From: Spongospora subterranea f. sp. subterranea
Taxonomy: Eukaryota
DNA: 42,009 bases
Direction: 5' to 3'
NCBI GenBank assembly: GCA_049724395.1
Contig: JAUGWO010000051.1
Location: 62,001-104,009 of the forward strand
Each line of letters opens with the position of its first letter. Position 1 is the stretch's first letter. The translations under genes were made by a program, and so were the position numbers. The notes below the pieces were generated by a model. The model did no database searches, was not told the origin of the DNA, and saw nothing but the letters and a program-made list of their open reading frames with translations. This document shows, in pieces, positions 13,601 through 24,099 of this stretch.

Positions 13601-16600
13601 TTTGGCCAGTGGGATATTCAGATTCCCAAACGAGAATCAACAACGAAACAGAGAACGACGTTGATCCCACGGTGCGATTGCGATATCGATCGGCGGAAAA
13701 CGCAAAAAAGAACATCGATGATGATTGGGGAGAACGTGGGGGGATATACCGGTTTCGAGTCCATCGAGGAAGAGGAATGTGAACTGGGCGCCCTCGATCT
13801 TCCTCTGGAACACGTCCAACATCACTTCGTAGCTGCGAACGATCTCGGCCGTCACCAATGACGACTGGGGCTCGATCTTTGGCCGTTTATACGACAGAGG
13901 GACTAACACACACAGATCAGCGTCGATTCGAATAACATCAAATTCAGAAGAAAACGACGCAGCATTGCTCAAATCCGTCCAAAGATGAAGCGATAGTGGT
14001 TCAAGATTTGATCAGAAGAACCTGTGTTCAGCGGTCGACAGAATGGTAAAAGGAAAACTCAAAACCACGAACGAAAACAATTTTCTGGAAGTGTTTCGCA
14101 TTTGAGGCGAAACTTCCGTTGGTTCTGTGATCGCTCAGAAACAATCAAGAAACACTGAACAGAACCACAAAAACCAGACGATTTTCCGTTGAATCAAAAG
14201 CTTTTTTCGTTCACACGTGTTTTTGTTGATGAGGGAAATCGGCAAAATGGCGTGTTTGTTGGCAATGTGTTTGAGACCTAGAGGTGGCGATACGATGTGG
14301 TTGTCGGCATCGACCGTCTTTTGCCATGATTTACTGTCGAACCCGGGGGGCAATATTCCCCCATCCCTCTCGGGGAATTGGGCCAGATCGGGCGACTGAT
14401 CCACCGTAAATGGCGCCAGGTCCATCGACACGTCGGCCTGCGACCAAAGCACAGGGCCATTAGTTGCCCGGCGACACAGCACCCAAACACGTCATCGTTC
14501 CCACAACTAAAGACTCATGGTGAAATCTCCCCAAATCTGTGTGGAATGGGGTTTTGGTATCGGGTTTTGCCGGACGAGTTGGCAATGCACATGAACAGCG
14601 GATAAATCAACTCCAGTTGTTGAATGATAAATCCCAGTGATATTCGGGTGATTATCTCATCCAACACGGAAAGGGATTCACAAGAAGGTGATTTTTCAAC
14701 AGGCGTTGCCGTCGACAAACCAAAACAAAAACCTTCGTGGTGGTTTTCCCATCACGATCATTTGTTGGGTTTTGAAGACTATCGTGTGTTGGCTGTTTGT
14801 GATTGTCAATGGTCTATACCGTTTCGCCTGATGTGTTCCCTTCGGCAGTGGCGTTTTTATCGGGACCATTTCCAGCCAGGCGATCGAACCGGGTCAGCTC
14901 GAAGATGCAGCGATCGGCGCGCTGATCGGCCGTCTCCGGCCCACTCGACACTGATTGCAAAAAACATATTAGTTTTCGCCAAAACAGCGAATTTCACATT
15001 TTGTTCCGAAAAGTCGAACGAAAACCTGTCGAACAGTTCTCGGCAATAAATATGAAAAAACGGACGGTCGTTATTGTTGGACAATGGGCCAGTACCTGGG
15101 CAATGGCATCGTCGGATTAACAATCAGTTCGGCGATAATCTGGAACTGTTTGTCGACGATGTGGATCTGGTTGGGATGGAGTTTGGCGACGATTGTGTCG
15201 ACGGGGGGCGATCCGGGCCCCGCTCCCGCCTCCAGGCAGTGGAACAGACCGTCCTGATCGAGGACCGATCGCTCGAGACGCGCGCACAGGTCGTCGTCTG
15301 AGCAGCGGATTCCATGACCGATAAGCTTTACACAATTGGACGGAATCGGGATCTGATCGACACCACCTACACCGATTCGTTCGTCAACAATATGTCGTCA
15401 CGAGTTCGGACACTGTTGAAAACCGCACAAGACGCCGAAAGAGGTCGAACACGATAGGAGAAATAGGATTAATCGATTGAAATGGGGGAACAACAGAACA
15501 ATTGAACGAAATTCGTGGAGAAAGGGAACGGAAAGGGGAGAGGGGATCCGACCGGAATCGACAGGATGATATTGAACAATGGCCACGATTGTCATATCGG
15601 CCATCTGTATATGGTGATCGGGAAGGATGCGGGCCAGGACATCACCACCAGCCGAATAGAACAGGGCCGACGACGGATCCCAACGCCATTCCCGCTCCAA
15701 TAGGTCCTGGCCATTGATTGTGAGTTCTGGGATTGGGTTTGATAACACGATGAGGATCATGAGAACAAGTGCTAGAGCCGAGTAAAGCACGGCAATGAAA
15801 TCGGGGGAATTCAACAACACTACAATGGTTCCAAAAATACGATTTCGTCGATGTTGAGCGACGAACGAATGAATTACGATGAAAAGTCGCCAAACGCGAT
15901 ATGTTGTGAATGGGAGTGTTGACCTTGAGTTGGGGGTCGGTGCAGTTCACGACCCGGTGTCCATATGACGATAGTGTTGGCCAGTTGTGACTCGTCCCTG
16001 GTGTTGTTCCTCCTCCACCTCCTCCACCGCCACCTCCTTCTGTACCCGGATCTGGCGCCAGGTGCTCGGCCAACACCCCAATCTCGATACCGTTCACGTC
16101 CCGAATCGCTCCCGTTCCATCGACCTTGGCCCAGGGTTGTCCCTTTGGCCAAACCGGTAACGTTAGGGGTCCGTGTTCTGATTTCGTTACGACAGGTGGC
16201 AACAACACGACGTTACCTGGGCGTTGACGATGAACCCGTTACCGTCAACAACGCTATGGGATAAGGCCTCGGCCACGATCGGGTCCAGATCCAATCGGGG
16301 TTCGACCGTTGCTCTTATCGGTTGAACAAATGTGATTAATCGACCTGTGATTTGAACGAACAGAGTTTAGAGAGGGAAATTCCCGGGAATGTCCTTGATA
16401 AATGGGACAACGCGGGTCAAAGATACGATCGCAATGACCCAGGTCGGGACAATGGCGAAATTTATGGAGAGGAAACATCCACAACGAAGGGAGATCATGT
16501 GTTGTTTGATGAGCTGTTTTAAAAAAGGGATTGGAAACACAGGAAATTTTGATAACACGCGGATTGTGAAAAACAAAATGATTTTCTGTAAAAGTGGTCC

Positions 16601-17225
16601 ATAAAAGAGCCCGGTCCCCCCATGGCCCCGTCTCCCCCTCTCCCATACACGTCATTACCTGATAATCGTATGACTCTGGCGATAATTCGTCCATCGCCTG
16701 TCAGAACCGCTCCATCATCACGTGTGTCTGCCCATATCCTCCCCTATATCGACCACCCCAGATCAATATCCCACGACCCCTCTCGCTGTCTCCCTCACCT
16801 CCCGATCGGCCAACCGCCCATCACCCACCAATGTGCTCGTGTTGATCATGGCCAGGACCTGTTCCCCACAATTATCGACCGGTTCAATACTGGCGAATTC
16901 TCGCGGTTCTCCGTCTGGCGCCATTTAACAACAACGATGACGATATTGGGGCGGGGAATTACCGAGACGCGATCCCAACAGCAGTCTGGCGATAAGATTG
17001 CCAGCGCCATCCACCAGTTGCCCCGTCTGATGATTGAGGCGACCCCCAGGGCGTCCCTGACTCAGTCAATATTGAGGGAGGCGATGGCGATAACACAGCA
17101 CCGCCTACAGAGGTGTTGACCATAATCCCATCACTGGTGATCAGACTATGAGCGGCCAAGGCCAACACGGTCGGGTCGTTGGTCAATGGGACGAGACGAT
17201 ATCCACCTGGGGACCGCTGGGCCAT
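1..17225 (-). CDS. Giant multi-exon gene (3' end beyond window): N-terminal repeats + multiple capped LRR modules + TRP/PF06011-like multipass membrane domain + low-complexity/19-aa repeat tail
   Basis: Hand-spliced GT-AG exons keep frame: 17225-17109, 17056-16963, 16914-16799, 16743-16659, 16344-16217, 16142-15924, 15706-15553, 15366-15096. Many LRR exons follow from 13.6 to 5.4 kb. The last LRR cap links in frame (QYVIYGLGRTLIVLDDDPISDDERLNA...KNVAGGPSFSDN...GSILVK|LEIMINFLQ) to the TM exons, and a final exon from 1648 stays open to base 1. Not every internal junction was resolved. The ATG at 17225 is a candidate start; it is also preceded by a TTAG acceptor, so upstream exons are possible. 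Confidence 0.75.
1824..4900 (-). CDS. Exons encoding the multipass membrane domain (TRP C-terminal/PF06011-like) of the giant gene
   Basis: Hydrophobic exons carry family-type motifs: KLEIMINFLQMYSLVYAINLNIPWP, LFLPVARVIMQQFQ, AAIYIIGLPIFF, TYLYGAYQRRFRYFKLFQMFQKLAIVLVSLF (the xLYxxY...xxKL motif) and LAILFRPY. Confidence 0.7.
5200..13580 (-). CDS. Exons encoding about 8 LRR modules (SDS22/U2A'-like, each with an LRRcap-like motif)
   Basis: LxxLxLxxNxL repeats include LEKLSLRDNRL, LRVLDLTNNKI, IQVLDLSGNRLTTIEGL, LRTLRLNNNQI, ITTLNLADNGL and VTTVDLSFNSL. Cap motifs include LAGNPLPITYRNEFV...LVFIDATEVS, LPKCPNLLTLNG, LISLDGDTIGIEER and LKLLDGVPVTVRER. Confidence 0.85.
15096..17225 (-). repeat. 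Five degenerate ~55-65 aa protein repeats at the N-terminus of the giant gene
   Basis: The spliced translation shows a repeated pattern DPxVxxxxxxSxxxxDGxxxxxxGxxWxxxxxxGxIxDxxGxxIAxL. Confidence 0.65.
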
Positions 17226-17444
17226 TCTAACGGCAGATCAGGGGGATCTGTTCTGGTCGGGTTTACTGAATTGTGTCGTCAATATGGGAACGGGCGATAT
17301 TGAATAGAATCGTGGGGATCAACAGCAGAGGGATTTTAGGGAAAGAAAAATGACGGAAAGGAAACTGATAATTTGGGTGAAAGGTGAGGACTGGGAGAGC
17401 GAGATGTGGTTAAGGTAAATACGACCAGGGACCTGTAGCGATCA

Positions 17445-17900
17445 ATGGTGATGGTACTAGGAACGCGATCAACCGTCGAGTACAACCGGGAACCGATGAC
17501 CCAAACTGGGAACAGAACAAGAGGCGATAGAGATAGGCATGCCGCTTGGAAGATCTCGGAGCAGACGGCGGCAGACGTGTATAGAGCTGCGAAAGACCGT
17601 TATAACAACGGCCGGATGGATGTGATCCTGGACGTGGGTCGGTTGGTCTGGGTGACCCAAGTAGCATCGGCGCCAGTATTGGAGGAACGGCAATCAAGGA
17701 GATTCCTGCCGCGATTAACGGGACCTTGGAGGGTACTTAGCAGGCACGAGAACGCGACCGACACCTACCGACTTCGGCACGTAAGGGGTCGTTCAACGTC
17801 GATCAGATGGTACCGGTGCGCAATGATGATGATGAAGCTATGTCGGCAGGGGACGATTTCCAAGGAAGAGATGGACTTCGAGCCCTATGATCCCGCAGAG
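17445..17900 (+). mobile_element. Ty3/gypsy integrase C-terminal (GPY/F-SH3-like) fragment
   Basis: AKDRYNNGRMDVILDVGRLVWV...RRFLPRLTGPWRVLSRH...DTYRL. Confidence 0.7.
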
Positions 17901-18550
17901 ATCGCGAATGAAGTGGTGGTAATACCCTGCCAGTCCTAACAAGGTTTTAAACTCCTTCTTGTCCCTTGGGATTGGGTATGACGCCACTGCCTCAATCGGT
18001 CGCCGGTCCGGCAACCTGACTCCCTCGCCGTCAATCTTATGGCCCAGATAGGTCACCTCCCGCTTGAACAGGTGGGTCTTGGCCGGGTTGACCATCAGGT
18101 TGTGTTCCCGAAGTCGCTCGAATGCCTTGGTCAGCTTGTCCAGATGCGACTCGATGTCTGCCGAAAATATCAGCACGTCATCCATATAGACAAGGCAGTC
18201 TACATGATTCATCCCGGCCAGCACCTTGACCATCATCCGGCAATAGGTTGCTGGTGCGCATCGTAGTCCGAACGGCATCGAGTTCCACTCGAACAGACCT
18301 TCTCTCGTCACGAAGGCAGTCTTGGGTTTATCCTCGTCTGCGACCGCCACTTGCCAATATCCTCAAGCCATATCAAAAACTGAAAACCACTTGGCTCCTT
18401 CCATTGCTGTTAGGGCGTCGTCAATCCTGGGCATCGGATACGCATCTGCTACCGTCAAGTCGTTCAAACGCCGATAATCCACAGCGAGACGGTACGTGCC
18501 GTCCTTCTTCCGTGTTAACACTACGCCATCCGCCCAAGGACTCGATGATG
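17900..18550 (-). mobile_element. Ty3/gypsy reverse transcriptase fragment (in-frame stop)
   Basis: SPWADGVVLTRKKDGTYRLAVDYRRLN, YPMPRIDD, KTAFVTREGLFEWNSMPFGL, YMDD, YLGHKID, LGLAGYY. Confidence 0.95.
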
Positions 18551-18633
18551 GCGTTGTGTTAACACGGAAGAAGGACGGCACGTACCGTCTCGCCGTGGAT
18601 TATCGGCGTTTGAACGACTTGACGGTACCAGAT
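18444..18633. repeat. Fold-back inverted repeat: 87-bp arms (18444-18530 / 18547-18633), 16-nt loop
   Basis: accgtcaagtcgttcaaacgccgataatcc...acgccatc pairs with gatggcgt...ggattatcggcgtttgaacgacttgacggt; about 3 mismatches counted by eye. Confidence 0.95.
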
Positions 18634-19304
18634 CATGAACCTGATTGATGAACAGTTTCAGACAAATGACACTGATAACCGTATTGGATTAGGGCGAACA
18701 CCCTAATTGTGGCATTATAGGGATCGGGTTCAAACGGAGATGATGTGCCGGTTATCTGTCAATGATCATATTTAACAGGGACAGTGAGATCTCACTGACT
18801 GATGTCATCATTGCATTAGTGGCAGATACTCCATTGAATATTTACTGGATAAGATAGGGATCAATGGCTCTGAATATGGCCATCATTCGACTGAACGAAC
18901 GAGTTTAGGCGATGAGAAAATGGTGTTGCGGTGATGACCGACATCGTCAGCAATGTTGGGTGATCGCTGTAAAACAGCAACAACACATGTGTGGCGCCAT
19001 TGAGAAGGTCGCCGATCTACATTACAATTGACACTCGTTGTCCTAATTCCTCAACCGCCCCTTTATTGGATATATTCTGTATTCACAACACACGACGTGC
19101 TCTAATTTGTGATGGAAATCACACTGAGGAAATCCTGTTAATATTGGCGATTACGGCCGGGATTGATTTCAGTTTAAAGCTGGTCGAACCCGATCGGGCT
19201 CAGAAATGTCGAACCAGAGTATGATCGAGTGGATTCGTTCTTCATTTTCGTCCCGCCAACGGCTGCGATAAAGCGATTGACGTTTTTGGGGATGACGTCA
19301 TTGC

Positions 19305-20460
19305 TCATATACTGGTGGTCATTGGGCCCAGAGGATCGGCTGACGCGTTCGGGAGTCGGAATTGGTGGTGTCGTCGGATGGCCAGATAATCGGGACGAAT
19401 ACGGTCGCCGCTGTGCCCAATCAGATGGTTATATGTGTTGGCAGGACCAACATGATGGCGAGCTCTTAACACATTGACAACAGCGATATCCAGACTGTAT
19501 TCTTCCATAACTCGCTCTCCCGGTCGTCGCATGCAATGGCGTTGTCTGGTTGAAATTCTGACGACGTCGCCGACCGTCACCTCAGGCGCGACAGTTCATC
19601 CGCCGTAATCGATCAGCGACAGGGGGTTGGACGAAACTGGGTCCAATTCGCGACAACTTCACCGTTGACCGTTGTTGTATTGGTCACGACCTTGCTCATT
19701 CCGACTAATCCGGTGGTTGAGCGACGATCGGGGTTCATTGGTTTGAATTACGTTGAACAGTTCATCACCAACACGACCGCAGCCGACATTCGAATTGGGG
19801 ATAACATGTTCTGTCACACATGATGTGCCAATCTCCAGAGGGCCACTCAGTGGCTAAATTTGGGGATGGCGCCATCTTTATGCGCCAAGAACAGTCCAAG
19901 AACTCAGTCTGTGTATTTGCGTGTGGGGTTTGATTGGCGGTTCCATCCATACAATGATCGTGGTGTCGTGTTTCATTGCTTGGTCATCGTAATCTGATTA
20001 CCCGTAGTTTATCCCATCGTCATACAGGAAATCGTTCGCGTGTCGTCAAGCGATGCCGGCGATCTCCGTCATGGGGTGCGGTTCAGGCTGCATCGACACG
20101 TCCTCACACTCTCAGTCAAGATAGTTTGGAGTCGAGGACAGCAGTCGCCACACGATGGATCATTTTCTGGTGATGTGTCGTCTCGTTTGGCGGGCAATGT
20201 CGGGCGGGCAACAAAGAAGTTGGTTTGGCAACAATCGAAACTGTTCTGAGCAATTTGAACGTGCGCCCTGGCACATGCAAGTGGCGGTTCTTGGGACGAC
20301 GACGCTCAAGTGGATCAAATCGGGCAAGATCATGACACATTCAGATGCGATCAAGTCTTTTTAACTGATCTCAACGAGATTGTGCCCATAAAGTATTGGC
20401 TTGTCGATGATAGCGTCGCAGATGGACATCCACATTTCGAGGACCTAATCGGTGCCAAAT
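19305..20460 (-). pseudogene. Highly decayed rve-type integrase, possibly Polinton/Maverick- or Ginger-like
   Basis: Frameshifted pieces lie in integrase order: IIDK..LWAQ, RRPKNRHLHVPGRTFK (compare xPKxLQTDxGxEF), LNRTP, and VGDVVRIS...EYSLDI..V...PANTY. The match is weak and degenerate. Confidence 0.3.
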
Positions 20461-20524
20461 TGACGAGAAATGGCTCTACATGACGATAGTCTCGAACCGG
20501 CACTATTCACCTTCCGCCACCGGT

Positions 20525-20680
20525 TCCAGACTTTGGTCATGTAAAACCATTTCTCATCGATGTGGATATAATCCATCATGTCGTTTAATTGTGGATTTAA
20601 AGAAAACCAAGCGATAGTCCAGGTCAAACGATATTTGATAAAGTGACAATCTTGGACACTCTGGCTATAGTGCAAGTTCA
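20525..20680 (-). mobile_element. Mariner-like (plant/oomycete DD39D-type) transposase fragment
   Basis: DMMDYIHIDEKWFYMTK matches the first-catalytic-Asp motif HIDEKWF. Confidence 0.75.
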
Positions 20681-21429
20681 ATCTAAATGGCAGATATTAC
20701 AACAATCGTGTCTTCAGAAATACCCTCTGCCCCAATAGGGTTTGACCAAAGATACGTTCCCAATTGTGTCAGTGTTCACGATTGAAGACCGATTTAGGAA
20801 TGAAATATCAGTGACAGGGCGAACTGTTTGTTTTCACCATTGCAACACAATTGAGTGGTTTGTTATAGTAATCTGTTCTGGTAAATGGGTTTGTTATGTG
20901 AAGACCTTAACCGCCCTCTGATGACAAGTAGATAACGAGACGCCTGTTGGGTGATTTTACCACGATGGCGACACCATCGGCCAATACACTCTCTCTCTCT
21001 TTCGACTCAACGGCCGATCAGTATTGATGTGTGTGTGTCTGACTTGTGCAATTGGAGGCGTTAAAGATGATCTCCCCCGGTTATTACAATGGGCCCAGGA
21101 CCTGGCAAACGACCCCAATCGTGATCGGGATCGCTAATCGACAGAATAACGACCTGTGTCTGACTGTACTGTGTGTTGAAGTCGGATCGGGTCGGGTAGA
21201 AAGGCGCTCAACCTAGCGCCATATTCGTCAATCAATCACAGTCAGTTAGGGGATTCTCATTATAGACCTCCCTACACGAATCACTCAGATATTTCCAAAT
21301 ATTCACCGATTCGGACCCAACGCCCCATGAATATGATCGCGTGCCGTTGAACAAAACGGATATCGTATTGATTGTCCCAATTGCTACTGACCCAAGTGCA
21401 AAACGACCAATATCGCTGACGTGTCAACA

Positions 21430-22650
21430 ATGTGCTTCTCGGCTGAAGCCAGTTTTATACTGGGATCGTTGCTGATGGTGATCGGATTCGCCAACGTCGC
21501 TCAGGTGTTCCTGTCCCAGATGGCCCGCAATCAGAAATTGGCCTGTTTAACCTTCGCCTCTATACCGATCGCCTTTGGGACACAGCAGATCGCCGAGGGG
21601 TTTGTCTGGCTCGATCATCTCCACAATCAGAACGCCATCAGATGTTTTACATTCTTTGGTAATCACACACTAATACTGTGTTGTTTTTATCCTGATCTGA
21701 CACAACATCGAATCTCAATCTTCTACGTCGATTTTTTTTTGTTGATCATTTCATTGACAAACGATTTTCTCGTCTTCCCGATTTTGTAATACCTGTTTTC
21801 ACCGAGTTCTTCACGAATCATCACAATTTCTTCAATTGTTTCGTCATCTCCCCGATTGTCTCTCGAACGCAACGGCCAATCGATTGTTCGATGGATTTTC
21901 TCAGTAATATCATTGTCCGTTTTCCACAGCGTATCCGTTCTGGCCTGGGTTTATACCGGCGACGATGGCGCTTCTTGAGCTGAATCGTCCCCGGAAGCGG
22001 GAGATCGATCCAGTCGACGAGGCACAATTCGTCAACCTGAAGATGTTTACCAGCAAAAGGACCTCGAAACAGCGCCGAGTTCTTCTATCAGTTTTAGCTC
22101 TCACTGGTAAACAATTCTCAAATCATCGATCGTTTCGACGATTTCTCACCGCGTTCCTTCTGTTGAAACACTTTCGAGGGATTGACGGTTTGTGATGACG
22201 GTTATAGGAGCCGGGGTGTTTGGATATTTGATGTCGGCCCTGATTCTTAACGATCCCGTTTCAGCGCATCTCAGCAATCTACGAGTCGTTTACCAGATTC
22301 GCTTCCCGATGCTGTTCGGTCAGGTCGAGAACACGATGACGATGGCGGTTGGCGCCCTGTACCTGTTAGTCATCGTCGGCTGCATGTTCATCAGTTCGGT
22401 GAGGCATTCGCGGCGCCTGGGCCTGGCCATCACGGCCTCGCTCATCGTGGCGATGCAATTGTGGGCCGAGGCGTTCGCCAGTACTTGGTGCTTCTTCGCG
22501 GCCTGTATTAGTAGTGGAATATTCGTCATAACAAAGAACGAAATCGAATACCGGGTGAAGGCGGCGGCGATGAAAAATGGTCAATCTAAACTTGATCATG
22601 ATGTTCCGATTCCCCAGAAAATGGAAAACGAAATTAGAGGTCTTGTCTAA
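21430..22650 (+). CDS. 3-exon multipass membrane protein, DUF6629-like (282 aa)
   Basis: Exons 21430-21658, 21930-22106 and 22208-22650 have GT-AG junctions in frame (849 nt). Motifs are MCFSAEASF, FASIPIAFGTQQIAEGFVW, FAYPFWPGFIP...LLE and AFASTWCFFAA. Confidence 0.85.
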
Positions 22651-24099
22651 ATAACAATAATACGATATTGAGTTTGAAAAGTGTCAAAACAAGTTTCGAC
22701 ACTGTTATTAGTAGAATGACGTCAATGTGGATGGAAAGTGTTTCATCTACATTCTAATCGGTTTATTGGACTAATCCCCAGTGTTCAAATCGGTGAGACA
22801 AACAATTTCGGGGGTTCGTCAAGTTCAAGCTGGTCCAACTGCAGTGCACAGAAATATTTCGTAAAGTCAACAATATGTGAATAATTTGCTTGTGTTGACG
22901 ACAACGGTGTCGGCAAACCACGTCATCTTTTCAACAAACCAAACAGTGGCGTATCATTATGTTTTTTCTAGATGGGACGACGCTTCAAAAAGATGATTGA
23001 AATAGATAAAAATGCCCAAAGATGGTGCCTGGTTTAGGAGAACGTCGAGATGTGACGACTTTATGTATGACCCGAGATGTGTCTGCGCCATTTGCCGATA
23101 AAACCGTCAACGTCGTGGTTGTCGGCAAACAACGCAGGTCGTCATGAGGATATCGTTAACTGTTGTAGGGCGATAGCGATGGTCAAAAGGGGTGATGAAG
23201 CTGGTGGGCACTTGGACCACGACCTCAATCATGTGCAATACCCACTATGGACACGATGGCGCCCCCAATCTGCACTTATTGTAATGCCCCGCTATTGTCG
23301 ATATTCTATTACAACCGTTGCCATATCGGCAATATGTGTTCCACCAGTTCACGAGTATAACTTCATACGAAAATGGCACTGTTATGTGGACGAGCACGTG
23401 CACCATCAAATGATTGTCGACATCCACCGAATAATATCAATATAATGTCCCTGTATTGACTATTAGAAGCCGGTGAAGCTCATGTCGTTTGTGAATGCCA
23501 TGACGCCGTCTGGATAAACTTCCTTCGTCTGCAAAATTCCTTCTGTTAAACAAAGCACGAACCGTTCTACAACGACTATACTGAAACGCAGATTAATTTC
23601 GTGAAAATCCGGCGAAGATCCATTGATTGTGGACCGAAGGAAAAGGTCATGAACTAGATTCTGTCAATGGGAATTTAACAAAAGTAAACTACCCGCTACA
23701 CCAATCGTATCAATACAGATGAGCCCGCACATCAGCACGAGGTTTCAACCGACTGGACGACACACGACAACACAACTCAATATGTGAAGCGGTACCATTG
23801 AGAGATGTTCCAATCCGGCAATTGAAACCAATATCCGCCCCAATATCAGCGGTGGATTTGCACCTCCGTTAGCGGTAATTGTTTCGCACCTGAATTAGAA
23901 TTATGTTTTCTCACTTGTCGCAATCGCTTGAATGTACTCGAACTCGTGTCCGAGCTCGCTTGTTCTCACAGTATTGATAGCGGCTCTCGAATTCCCTAGT
24001 CTTGTGCTACATCATTACCCTTCTCAGTCCATGACACAAACTCTGTTGGGACGTTGTCGGCTTTCCACGAGCGAATTCGTATTTCAGAGTATTGAGGGT

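Noticed and set aside
16010..16040. Poly-Gly (CCT/CCA/CCG)n tract
   Set aside because: An ordinary flexible linker between N-terminal repeats 3 and 4.
16959..17108. ORF-track translation VGGAVLSPSPP...WRWQSYRQ
   Set aside because: It reads through a 52-nt GT-AG intron (17108-17057); the spliced frame restores the repeat motif.
23040..23760. Possible ankyrin-like or small spliced gene remnant (GHLD, GRHEDIV, GHYIDIIRW)
   Set aside because: The motifs occur on opposite strands, are too short, and give no consistent frame.
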